A stretch of DNA of 64,000 nt from Minisyncoccota bacterium (GTDB lineage Bacteria > Patescibacteriota > Minisyncoccia > Phycocordibacterales > CAIJYI01): assembly GCA_023229825.1 (NCBI GenBank), contig JALNYN010000001.1, positions 14,422-78,421 of the forward strand, read 5' to 3'. Of this stretch, positions 21,501 through 29,663 are shown piece by piece. The translations under genes and the position numbers were made by a program. Position 1 is the stretch's first letter; every line of letters begins with the position of its first letter. Below the pieces are notes generated by a model, which was given only the letters and a program-made list of their open reading frames with translations, made no database searches and was not told the DNA's origin.

Positions 21501-21729
21501 GACTTTGGTCGCGAAGTTCCGCACGAAAGATTTGACCGGCGTTTCCGTCGGCAAGAAAGTTCCACTCGTGCTGACAGCCCGGCTCTCTGGTGGTATGAAG
21601 GCTGAAGGAACCGATACGGTTGAAATAATAAGCAAAGGCGCATTTTCAGTCTTATCTGATGCGTTTACGCAGCTTGCCGGCGTTTTGACGGCCACCCGGA
21701 AATTATTCGCTCAATTGCCAGGATTATAA
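18547..21729 (+). CDS. Membrane-anchored/secreted modular protein: NosD-like beta-helix + NlpC/P60 cysteine peptidase + C-terminal beta domains
   Basis: N-terminal TM; Asn-rich beta-helix and GGNYWSDY; WGGKGWD, VDCSGLVQW, PGDLLF, DHVGMF, VVES (Cys-His-Glu). Confidence 0.85.
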   Translation: MYKKFLESPIHHKIIFATIALVVLLLLTFAGIFYAKKAFTYPAPSFPNYFRMPTDPSHMRGETDGTGTHFAITDSEYLNITLDSTETVDMRLTSIPKVITMMFEATTTATRSASSGQATAQITLSGLASNTTYYKYEDDYHHLAQFTSDNNGAYTYTQDISVQHFVFIQTVKSTKFIVDNITGGDCSTIGTWNAGTKTCTLTQDLTETVQIDSDGVTFDGNGHKITITPDYTANGVYISGKASTTVKNLTVNGAYEGIFLFLNSGVRVSKNTFTGNMDGIYLRFGGDNAIKSNVVSDNYRNGITVYDSTNNQILENTAMGNNYSDFNIQEDYIGSAICDNIITGNIGFGGRPIGFFNSPTTLNGGTFSELILCDADSSDIRNVTIKSSDNGFGGGGLLAFYTDHANFNNSTSNDNIHGVHLHKSHSNIFENVTVMHDGYNVLLDNSNSNILKNISAGSDGFIQFTLANDNELDGATIDESAGIGFYYQSNSNRLHNFTFPDQCQIYTDNRGSTGNLIYNNNFIGGQCQITGMTGNSFNLPKPIGGNYWSDYDTPAEGCSDVDSDGFCDAPYVFVGAQDNLPWTRQDGWKVTVDIGQAASDLAKLVVDGQYLGDGNTWGGKGWDPNQAKYVTPSEIFAGYHFWNNAISVRAIDFGAGVDCSGLVQWSFNRSFDPNKSLLKNVIRYDNADGQFRNNSVPLTELELRPGDLLFLDKNLNGVRDHVGMFVGGNAASDVVESHSPIRGIISSSKIEFKTRDGFIENQSIRRVVISPTIAGQINAGSPIDLTVTDPEGFTLTPETAIQTDDELLREVPGELYYTENVLGSDGHPEDIIYWPVQKNGDYLITVTAEPDAAPTETFDLTFISGTGSTTIVASNIPISEIPAQSYIIRSSDGNFEKVIPAKIKIKPETMNLASGGIITVALQFDPGFGVVVHDIATSTLRLAGARPIRTAIEVEEKIPPPKNEKTSKKQKDHGEYEDDEEMEVLTLVAKFRTKDLTGVSVGKKVPLVLTARLSGGMKAEGTDTVEIISKGAFSVLSDAFTQLAGVLTATRKLFAQLPGL

Positions 21730-21732
21730 AAT

Positions 21733-22338
21733 ATGTTCACCAAAAGAAAAACTTTTTTTCTGCTATTCGCTCTTTTTGCGGCCACATTTATCGTCCTTGC
21801 TTATTGGTTTTTCATCATTAAAAAACCTGTTCAATTGCAACAAAAAAAGGGAGATGAGCCAAGACTTGAACAAGGTATCCCACTGCCGTCAAACGAACCG
21901 GCTACCGTACCGCTACCGCCCGTCTACGCAACAACATCGTCGGAAATAAAACTTTATCGCAACGAAAAATGGGGATTTGTGTTTGAGTATCCAAACGATT
22001 GGATTGTGAAAGAAAATACCTTCGGAAGCCATTACAGTAAATTTAACCTCGTGGTAAATCCTGGATTGGTACGGAGCTCTAATTTCACGATTTCATTAAA
22101 TATCGTTTTGCCGGAATTTCCGGATCGCAGTTTCGAGAATATAGAAAAAATTACCACTAGTGTAGTTGTTGCCGGTGTCCCCGGGATTAAGTATCAATAC
22201 GAGTTTGAGGGTAGCCAAGAAACAGCCATTATTGTACCTCTTAGAGATTATAAGTTAATTTTAGGCATGGATAATAAACAGTATGAAGATGAATTTGCTT
22301 CATTTCTCGCTTCGTTCAAGTTCACCGGTATCCAGTGA
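21733..22338 (+). CDS. Membrane-anchored PsbP-like protein (putative immunity family B, copy 1)
   Basis: N-terminal TM, YRNEKWGFVFEYPNDW, FLASFKF; starts 3 nt after the NlpC/P60 gene. Confidence 0.8.
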   Translation: MFTKRKTFFLLFALFAATFIVLAYWFFIIKKPVQLQQKKGDEPRLEQGIPLPSNEPATVPLPPVYATTSSEIKLYRNEKWGFVFEYPNDWIVKENTFGSHYSKFNLVVNPGLVRSSNFTISLNIVLPEFPDRSFENIEKITTSVVVAGVPGIKYQYEFEGSQETAIIVPLRDYKLILGMDNKQYEDEFASFLASFKFTGIQ

Positions 22339-22475
22339 AATTTGACCGGAGCGCGATTATTCCGACGATTCCTCCGAAAGGAACGACGGCAACGATGACC
22401 ATAGAAGGAAATATCCCACATCAAGGGAAAACGCTTTCTTTTGAAGGACAAGATGTTATTAAAGTAATCCGCTGA
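22335..22475 (+). pseudogene. Orphan C-terminal remnant of a paralogous effector
   Basis: VKFDRSAII...ATMTIEG...LSFEGQDVIKVIR* aligns with AKFRTKDL...PLVLTAR...KAEGTDTVEIISK at the end of the 18547 protein. Confidence 0.7.
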
Positions 22476-22479
22476 ACAT

Positions 22480-23040
22480 AAAATTATAAAAAAACAATCC
22501 TAATTTTCTCTATTATTGTTCTAGCTACAATTCTTACAGTCAGTTTATTATTTCTTTCTTTCTACTAAGAAGGTCGTTTCTCATGTGCAAATTTCTAACG
22601 AGAATTTATCAGTAAATATTATTAAAGCAAGTTCTAGTCCAAAAAGCACTGAAAAGCATACAAAAACCTATCGCAACGAAGAGTGGGGTTTTGAGTTTGA
22701 GTATCCGGACGATTGGGAAGTGAAGGAGAATATTTTTGAAAGTTATTACAGTAAATTTTATGTCGTGATTAATCCGCTTTATACTCGCAGTTCGACCCAT
22801 ACAATTATAGTAAACGTTGTAAAACCTGAATTTCCAGAAAAAACTTTCAAAGGATTCAAAGGAAAGGAAATCTTAATCAATAAAATTAAGGGGGTTAGGT
22901 ATGAATATGGTTCAGAAAATTCGCGAGAAATAGCAATTGTTTTGCCGTTGGGACTTAATAAAATTATATTGGGAACTATTGATTTAAAATATGAACAGGA
23001 GTATGAGAAATTTCTTACCACCTTTAAATTTATAAAATAA
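22480..23040 (+). pseudogene. PsbP-like protein copy 2; TM anchor disconnected by a frameshift (intact part 22585-23040)
   Basis: YRNEEWGFEFEYPDDW paralog; upstream NYKKTILIFSIIVLATILTVSLLFLS lies in another frame across tttctttctttct. Confidence 0.65.
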
Positions 23041-23203
23041 TTTAAGGTGTATAAATAACGACCCTGCAAAAAACAGGGTCGTTATTTTTTTATGTCAACG
23101 GAAAACTTTTTTGACTAAAAAAACCAGACAGGAAGTCAAGGAATATCCTAATTAACCCTGTATCATCTTTTTGCAAAATTCATGATCGGTAAGTATACTG
23201 TAC

Positions 23204-23354
23204 TTGAGTCGCTCTATAATTCTTAGGTTAAATTATAAGAGAAGGGAATCTGACTCGAGACACATCGTGGTGTGCCACGGAAGATACCCACCTAGCATAA
23301 GGCTAAGAATTTCTCTGCGACTCAAAAAGGCCCCTTTTAAGGGGTCTTTTTTTA
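23204..23354 (+). ncRNA. Putative small structured ncRNA (6S-like rod with central bubble) plus terminator
   Basis: TTGCAA-17-TATACT promoter; ttgagtcgc/gcgactcaa and aattcttag/ctaagaatt stems; terminator 23329-23354. Confidence 0.55.
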
Positions 23355-23413
23355 CATGCTTAGGTTTCATTGGGAAAAAGGATACTTTCCTTGTATAATG
23401 GATTAATATCTTC

Positions 23414-23833
23414 ATGATACGAAAACTGTATTCAATTTTCCTTCTCATTCTGATAACGGCCATTTGCGTCCTGAATTTTTATGCGTATCGTTTTCACTGG
23501 TACTGGGAGTTTTGGTGGTTTGATATCGTTATGCATACTCTCGGAGGCATGTGGGTGGCTTCCGCCGCTCTTTGGCTTCGATATTTTCGTAATAAAGACA
23601 GAGAGCAGGCAGTATTGCGTAAAAAATTCGTTTTATTTTTTTCCGTTTTTTCCGTTTATGTTATCGGCATCGGGTGGGAACTTTTTGAATTCAGTTTGGA
23701 TAGGTTCATAACTTTTAAAATTCACGATGCCGCCAATACCGCAAGCGATCTCTTTTTCGATGGAGTGGGCGGCCTTTTCGCTGTATTTCTTTTCTTCGCG
23801 GTGTATAATAAATATATGAAAATGGAAAATTGA
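23414..23833 (+). CDS. Membrane protein (DUF2238/VanZ-like)
   Basis: WFDIVMHTLGG, WELFEF, TASDL; 4 TM. Confidence 0.8.
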   Translation: MIRKLYSIFLLILITAICVLNFYAYRFHWYWEFWWFDIVMHTLGGMWVASAALWLRYFRNKDREQAVLRKKFVLFFSVFSVYVIGIGWELFEFSLDRFITFKIHDAANTASDLFFDGVGGLFAVFLFFAVYNKYMKMEN

Positions 23834-23903
23834 AAATGGAAAAATAACGGATTTTCAATACTTATCTATTCTCTATTTTCAATTCTCAATTATCTAATAT
23901 TTT

Positions 23904-25265
23904 ATGAAAGCGAAACTTACATTTGCCGGAGGAACGGGCGGTCCGACGGGGGCCAATTTTTTGTTTGAAACATCGGATAAAAAAATACTCATCGACTGCG
24001 GTCTGACACAAGGAGACGAATCAGCGGAAGATCTGAATCGCGAAATGTTCCCATTCGATCCCGGGGCGATCGATATTCTTTTTGTCACCCATGCCCATAT
24101 TGATCATATCGGAAGAATTCCATTTCTTATAAAGAACGGATTTCGCGGAAAGATCTATTCCACTCCGCCGACTCGGGATCTCGCAGAGCCGATGCTTGAT
24201 GATACGCTGTCGCTCATGATCCACGAGGAGAGGAAAAAAGGAACGGAGCCGCTCTATGATGCGGTAGATATACGGCAAGCGCTTTCGCTTTGGACGGGAA
24301 TAGAATACCGAAAGGAAATTCCGGTTTCTGACGATCTCTCGGTCGTTTTCCATGATGCCGGTCATGTGCTCGGATCGGCAATGATCGAAGTTCGATATGG
24401 AAAAAAGAAAATGCTTTTTACCGGAGATCTGGGTAATTCTCCCTCATCGATACTTCGCGATACCGAATATGTCCCCGATATTGATTATGTGCTGATGGAG
24501 AGCGTGTATGGGGATCGCGAGCATGAACACAGAGATGAAAGGAGGGATCTGCTTGAAGATGTTGTAAAAGAATCGGTAAAAAAGAAAGGGGTTTTACTGA
24601 TCCCCGTTTTTTCTCTCGAAAGAACGCAGGATATTTTATTTGAGATCAATGAACTGGTGGAAAGCGGAAAAATTCCCGCCGTGCCGGTGTTTCTTGATTC
24701 TCCGCTCGGTATCAAGATAACGGAAATTTATAAGAAGAACAAAAAATATTTCAACGCAAGCGCGCAGGCGATCATTCAGGGAGGAGATGACATTTTTCAA
24801 TTTCCGAAACTTCATTTCACTGCGGATGTCGAGGATTCCAAAGCTATTCGCGGCGTTCATCCTCCAAAGATCATTTTGGCGGGTTCCGGCATGTCGAACG
24901 GAGGACGAATATTGCATCATGAAAAAGAGTATTTATCCGACCCGAAAACTACGCTGCTCTTCGTGGGTTATCAGGCGGTCGGGACCCCCGGAAGACTTTT
25001 GGAGAATGGAGAAAAGACCGTCCGTATCATGGGCGAAGAAATAAAAGTGCGCGCACACACCGCAACGATCCACGGCTACTCGGCTCATCGAGATATGAAT
25101 GGCTTGTTCGATTTTGTCGATCAAATGAGCGATACAGTGCAAAAAGTTTTCGTAGTGATGGGCGAACCGAAAGCGGCGACGTTTTTATCGCAAAGGATAC
25201 ATGATTATCTCGGTTTGGACGCGGTGGTGCCGAGATTGGGGGAAAGTATTGAGCTGGAATTTTAA
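23904..25265 (+). CDS. Metallo-beta-lactamase/beta-CASP ribonuclease
   Basis: THAHIDHIG, AGHVLGS, MESVYG, GSGMSNGGRI, YSAH. Confidence 0.92.
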   Translation: MKAKLTFAGGTGGPTGANFLFETSDKKILIDCGLTQGDESAEDLNREMFPFDPGAIDILFVTHAHIDHIGRIPFLIKNGFRGKIYSTPPTRDLAEPMLDDTLSLMIHEERKKGTEPLYDAVDIRQALSLWTGIEYRKEIPVSDDLSVVFHDAGHVLGSAMIEVRYGKKKMLFTGDLGNSPSSILRDTEYVPDIDYVLMESVYGDREHEHRDERRDLLEDVVKESVKKKGVLLIPVFSLERTQDILFEINELVESGKIPAVPVFLDSPLGIKITEIYKKNKKYFNASAQAIIQGGDDIFQFPKLHFTADVEDSKAIRGVHPPKIILAGSGMSNGGRILHHEKEYLSDPKTTLLFVGYQAVGTPGRLLENGEKTVRIMGEEIKVRAHTATIHGYSAHRDMNGLFDFVDQMSDTVQKVFVVMGEPKAATFLSQRIHDYLGLDAVVPRLGESIELEF

Positions 25266-25268
25266 ACG

Positions 25269-25787
25269 AGGTTTTAGGTGCTAGGTTTTAGGTGTTAGCT
25301 TGACGACGACAAGTAGTAAAATTAAAAGCTAACGGCCGACAATTGAATATTATGATAGAAACAAAACCAATTCATTCATATAGGGATTTGACTGTGTGGC
25401 AGCGCTCCATGCAATTAGTTCTTGTCATTTATCAAATTACAGAAAAGTTTCCCAAGGAAGAAATTTATGGCCTCACATCTCAAATGAGAAGATCCGCCGT
25501 GTCGATACCGTCGAATATTGCGGAAGGACGATTTAGAAATACAAGAAAAGATTTCGCACAGTTTCTGCGAATTGCGTATGGTTCTGGCGCTGAGCTTGAT
25601 ACACAGATAGAAATAGCAAGCCAATTACAAAAAACAAAAGACCTTGATTATCAAGAAGCGAGACAGTTACTTACTGAAGTATTAAAAATGCTAAACGCGC
25701 TGATCGCAAAAATATCCAAACCTGTTTCCGGTAGAAAACTTTGATAGTTGCGTTAAACTAACACCTAAAACCTAACAGCTAAAACCT
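25269..25787. repeat. Inverted heptamer arms (TTAGGTG/T ... ACCTAAA/C) flanking the four-helix-bundle gene
   Basis: Arms at 25269-25300 and 25756-25787. Confidence 0.8.
25352..25744 (+). CDS. Four-helix-bundle protein (23S rRNA IVP/TIGR02436-like)
   Basis: SYRDLTVWQ, FPKEEIYGLTSQMRRSAVSIPSNIAEG, AYGSGAELDTQ. Confidence 0.92.
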   Translation: MIETKPIHSYRDLTVWQRSMQLVLVIYQITEKFPKEEIYGLTSQMRRSAVSIPSNIAEGRFRNTRKDFAQFLRIAYGSGAELDTQIEIASQLQKTKDLDYQEARQLLTEVLKMLNALIAKISKPVSGRKL

Positions 25788-25796
25788 CTTAAAAAC

Positions 25797-26408
25797 ATGA
25801 AACACTCATACAACAAAATTAAGCTCTGCGTTGCCGGTGCGGCGGCGACAGGACACTGCGGGCAGGGTGCCATGGAAATGGCGGAGAAACTCGGCCGCGA
25901 GATCGCCAAGCACGGCGCGGCTATCGTTACCGGAGCGACCACCGGATTCCCTCTGTGGGCTGCTATGGGGGCAAAGGAGGCCGGAGGGCTTTCGATCGGT
26001 CTTTCTCCCGCATCAAGCGAAAAGGAACACGTTGAGGCGTATCGCTTGCCGCTCGACTATATGGATGTCGTGGTATATACGGGATTCGGATATTCCGGAC
26101 GAAACCTTTTGCTTACGCGATCATCCGATGCGGTTTTTGTCGGTTGCGGAAGGATCGGTACCATCAATGAATTTACTGTCGCTTATGAGGACGGGAAACC
26201 CGTCGGAGTGCTTGAAGGCGGCTGGATGACGGACGAAGTGATAAAATTCATCATGAACGAAAGCCATCGCACGAATAAAAATATCGTATTCGATTCGGAC
26301 CCGAAACGCTTGGTGGAAAAAGTTATCGACATGGTACAGAAAAACAAATCCCATAATTTGGTATATAATAATGGGGTGCACCCGTCTCCGTATAAGGAAA
26401 TACTTTAA
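25797..26408 (+). CDS. LOG/DprA-like Rossmann-fold protein (TIGR00725-like)
   Basis: TGATTG, GLSP, GRNLL, GRIGTINE. Confidence 0.85.
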   Translation: MKHSYNKIKLCVAGAAATGHCGQGAMEMAEKLGREIAKHGAAIVTGATTGFPLWAAMGAKEAGGLSIGLSPASSEKEHVEAYRLPLDYMDVVVYTGFGYSGRNLLLTRSSDAVFVGCGRIGTINEFTVAYEDGKPVGVLEGGWMTDEVIKFIMNESHRTNKNIVFDSDPKRLVEKVIDMVQKNKSHNLVYNNGVHPSPYKEIL

Positions 26409-26429
26409 ACACGGCGCACAAACCTATTC

Positions 26430-27866
26430 ATGAAAATAACGCATGACAAAACGATGCAAAAAGGCGGAGCAGACATCGCTCTTTTGGTCGCTTTTTGTCT
26501 GTTTTTTCTTTCTGCGCTCGGGTCATTCATCTATTTTTCGCTTTTCGGCGATCCTCCGATAAATGGAGACAAGATACTGGAGCAAACAATGACGGCATCT
26601 TCCGCGGTAAAATCGTACACGGCAGAGATTTTTATTCAGAACGAAGGCGTTGCTTCTTCGAGCGCGGTAGTAAATGGAACGGTCAGAGTCGATACCGCCA
26701 CGGGGGCTCACAATGGTTTATTTTCCTTTTCTCTCTCGCGTAATAATACTAATCCGAGACTGGAAGTGGAAACGCTAACGTTTCCCGAAGCATCGTACGC
26801 GAAGTTCATCCTGAATGACAAGATGAATAAAAGTCTTGCGGCGTATCCGCCGGACTGGGTAATAATAACGGCTTCTGAGGTCGGTCCGGAACAATATGCC
26901 GTTTTACAGCGATCGCTCGCAGTTGCAGATGTTCTTGAGTTGTTTCGAAAAGGCGGCAAATATCTCGCTATAGAGGGAACAGCCGAAAAACAGATCGGCG
27001 GAGTCGAACCGCAAATACATTTTGTCCTTCGTCCCTCAAAGATCGAATCAGATCGTCCTTCGGAAGTATCTGAAAATTTTGATACGCTCCTTCGGAAAGG
27101 CGAGGTTAATGTGTGGGTCGCCGCAAAGGATAAGAGCGTGCGCGAGGTGAGATATTCCGTCAATGGTTATTCGATAACCATGAGGATAAAAAATACATCC
27201 GCGCGCCCAAATATTGAGAGGCCGGAAGGTTCGATCACTCTCACTGAATGGAAGACAAAACAGTTTTCCGCATTCGCCCTGAAAGACCCCATATCGGAAA
27301 TTTTTATCGGCTCCTACGGCGCCATAAAAAAAGAATATCTGGAAGCGCTCAGTTCCGCGATAAAAAAACAAACGGGGATCAAAGCAACGGTTCTGATCCC
27401 GGGGTCGGAACTTCCGCAGACAATGCCGCTGTATAACGCGGAACGAAAGCAGTTCGATGCGGATACCGCTTATAACAGTGCGAAAGCGGCATCGCAGAAA
27501 TATGGGGCAAAAACGCGCTTCATTTATGTGTTGGACGTAAATATGTATTCTTCATTGCGGCCAAAACAGGTATCAGCATGGTTCATCGATGAATTGGGGT
27601 CGAATACGGTGCTCATGTCACTGTACGGACTTCGCAGAATATCCGACACGGATCCGAGTCCAGCCGATCAACCGCTCGTTATTTCGCGGGCTCAAAAGAT
27701 CGCTCTTCACGCTCTCGGAACGAGCGTCGGTTTCGGCCTCTCGCCATCAACCGAAAACCCGACCTGTCTTTCATATAAGACGGATTCTCTCGCGGAACTC
27801 GATAAGCAAGGAACCGCGTACTGCGCACCGGAGAGTTCGACCACTAAAGCGTTCTTCAAAAAATAG
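26430..27866 (+). CDS. Membrane-anchored protein: LppX/LolA-like domain + degenerate archaemetzincin-like domain
   Basis: N-terminal TM; YNAERKQFDA, KIALHALGTSVGFG, CLSY..DS..ELDK...YC. Confidence 0.7.
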   Translation: MKITHDKTMQKGGADIALLVAFCLFFLSALGSFIYFSLFGDPPINGDKILEQTMTASSAVKSYTAEIFIQNEGVASSSAVVNGTVRVDTATGAHNGLFSFSLSRNNTNPRLEVETLTFPEASYAKFILNDKMNKSLAAYPPDWVIITASEVGPEQYAVLQRSLAVADVLELFRKGGKYLAIEGTAEKQIGGVEPQIHFVLRPSKIESDRPSEVSENFDTLLRKGEVNVWVAAKDKSVREVRYSVNGYSITMRIKNTSARPNIERPEGSITLTEWKTKQFSAFALKDPISEIFIGSYGAIKKEYLEALSSAIKKQTGIKATVLIPGSELPQTMPLYNAERKQFDADTAYNSAKAASQKYGAKTRFIYVLDVNMYSSLRPKQVSAWFIDELGSNTVLMSLYGLRRISDTDPSPADQPLVISRAQKIALHALGTSVGFGLSPSTENPTCLSYKTDSLAELDKQGTAYCAPESSTTKAFFKK

Positions 27867-27950
27867 ATACTAATATACGAATGAGTACCAATATACGAAT
27901 GGATACGAATACGACCGGCAACGAAGAAGAGATGGAACATTGCTCGGATC

Positions 27951-28069
27951 GCCGGACCGGGGTTGTACTCCGGTCCGAAACGTTTGGACGATTCACTGGT
28001 TTTTTCTATTAATACAAATTCGAAGATGAATTCCAAACGTCATGAACGGGAGTACAACTCCCGTCCGGC
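27951..28069. repeat. REP-A inverted doublet (REPIN-like)
   Basis: gccggaccggggttgtactccggtccgaaacgtttgga ... tccaaacgtcatgaacgggagtacaactcccgtccggc. Confidence 0.75.
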
Positions 28070-28073
28070 GAAG

Positions 28074-28191
28074 AATCTGCGAGTATTTTCCAACGATTGT
28101 GACGGTCAAAAATATAATACCATTTCTTGACGGTAAAAGTGAGAAAATAGACGCCGGCATTTAATTCTTTTGATATTCTCGGGGAGGGCAT
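28074..28191 (-). pseudogene. Truncated RAYT (only the N-terminal about 39 aa)
   Basis: MPSPRISKELNAGVYFLTFTVKKWYYIFDRHNRWKILADS, then a REP; another REP-A upstream at 28225-28260. Confidence 0.7.
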
Positions 28192-28342
28192 GAGCGAATG
28201 ATAACTGAGTTCTGTGAAAAGTTCAAACGTTTCGGACGGGGTCGGAGACCCCCGTCCGGCAGCCCGACAGCAGTTGCAGAAGAAGATGCGATAGAAGAAT
28301 ATTGCAAAAATCCTCCGATGTTGTCGGAGGATTTTTTTTTGT

Positions 28343-28705
28343 TTATTTGGCAGCTGCTTCTTCCATAACTTTCGCGAATACTTCGGGATGGAATTCTGCG
28401 AGTTCGGCGAGCATCTTTCGGTTGAGGTCGATGTTCTTTTTCTTGAGGGCGCCCATGAGTTTGCTATAGGAGGGGATAGCGGCGTTTTCGAGCGCTCGTA
28501 CTCCGGCATTGATCTTAACATTCCACAATCGGCGGTAATCGCCTTTTTTGTCGCGGCGGTGAGCGAAAGCATGTGATCCGGCGTGCACAATAGCTTCAAA
28601 AGCCTGCTTTTCTTTAGTGCTGCGTCCAAAACGATATCCCTTGGTTTGGGCTAGCGTATTCTTTCGTGATTTATTGGCGGTGGTGCCTCGTTTAACTCTT
28701 GTCAT
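28343..28705 (-). CDS. rplT: 50S ribosomal protein L20
   Basis: MTRVKRG, KGYRFGRS, RRLWNVKINA, LNRKMLAELA. Confidence 0.97.
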   Translation of the reverse strand: MTRVKRGTTANKSRKNTLAQTKGYRFGRSTKEKQAFEAIVHAGSHAFAHRRDKKGDYRRLWNVKINAGVRALENAAIPSYSKLMGALKKKNIDLNRKMLAELAEFHPEVFAKVMEEAAAK

Positions 28706-28735
28706 AGTAGTATGGATGTCAGGAACCTGACGTGA

Positions 28736-28924
28736 TTATTTCGCGTTTATTAAAAATCTGCTTTTTGCTTTGTTGGTCATCGTGAAGGTCGATGTCTTTC
28801 GCTTGCTCAACTGCTTTACGCGCTGTTCTCGGGAATTGAAGTGATTCAGTCCGCCTTTGCGTCCGAGTACTTTTCCTTTTTTGGTCACGCGCAACCGTTT
28901 CGTAAATGATTTGTTCGTTTTCAT
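28736..28924 (-). CDS. rpmI: 50S ribosomal protein L35
   Basis: MKTNKSFTKRLRVTKKGK; lies between infC and rplT. Confidence 0.93.
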   Translation of the reverse strand: MKTNKSFTKRLRVTKKGKVLGRKGGLNHFNSREQRVKQLSKRKTSTFTMTNKAKSRFLINAK

Positions 28925-28930
28925 AGTAAT

Positions 28931-29015
28931 TTAGGTTTTAGGTGTTAGGTGTTAGGTGTTAGGTTACGACGATCGTCGCCGGAAACTAAAAGCTAACACC
29001 TAAAACCTAACACCT
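28931..29015. repeat. Empty inverted heptamer arms
   Basis: (ttaggtg)n-acgacgatcgtcgccgg-(ctaaaac/ctaacac)n. Confidence 0.85.
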
Positions 29016-29021
29016 CGTTAA

Positions 29022-29534
29022 TTATTTCTTATTCGTTCTTTCTATTACAATGGTCAGACCTTTCGGACCTTTTTTCGGACCGTCGATCACTTTATATTCT
29101 TCGGAAATGAAATGAAGCAGTCTTTCCATTCTTTCTTTGAGGAAGGACTCATTCAGATACTTCGCGCGGCCTTTGAGGAAAAGGTTGATCTTCACGCGGT
29201 GGCCTTCTTTAAGCCAAGTTGACGCGTTTTTCGCCTTAAGCTCAAGATCGTGCTCTCCGGTGCCGATCGTGACCTGCAAACTCTTGAGCTCCGTGGTATG
29301 GGCGTTCTGTTTGGTTGCTTTTTCCTTTTTGCTCTTCTCGTAGACGAATTTACCATAATCTAGGATTTTTGCAACAGGCGGGACAGCATTCGGGGAAATC
29401 TCCACCAGATCGAGTCCGGCTTGTTCTGCTCGCGCCATCGCATCTTCCCGGGAAATAACTCCCAGAGGAGATCCATCGGGTGCAATAACCCGAAGCTGCG
29501 GCGCGCGTATTTGTCCATTTATTCGTTCGTACAA
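29022..29534 (-). CDS. infC: Translation initiation factor IF-3 (probable TTG start)
   Basis: RINGQIRA, LDLVEISPNAVPPVAKILDYGKF; no ATG near the homologous N-terminus. Confidence 0.93.
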   Translation of the reverse strand: MYERINGQIRAPQLRVIAPDGSPLGVISREDAMARAEQAGLDLVEISPNAVPPVAKILDYGKFVYEKSKKEKATKQNAHTTELKSLQVTIGTGEHDLELKAKNASTWLKEGHRVKINLFLKGRAKYLNESFLKERMERLLHFISEEYKVIDGPKKGPKGLTIVIERTNKK

Positions 29535-29663
29535 GGTATTATTATATAAGACTTTAATTGGTAAGTCTACATTGTAACAAATATTGTGTTTTTTGGCAAT
29601 AACGAAAGCGGAATCTCCGGAAGTACAAAAAAAGAGTCCCGGAGGGGACTCTTTATAAATCAA

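Noticed and set aside
25352-25744. Diversity-generating retroelement (Avd-like gene)
   Set aside because: No reverse transcriptase in the window; the 827/12721 pair is intergenic and has no target ORF
28009-28629. 206-aa ORF in the track
   Set aside because: Chimera of an rplT off-frame region, a REP and the RAYT remnant
28931-29015. CRISPR array or telomere-like repeat
   Set aside because: Only short heptamer arms in inverted orientation; no repeat-spacer periodicity and no cas genes in the window
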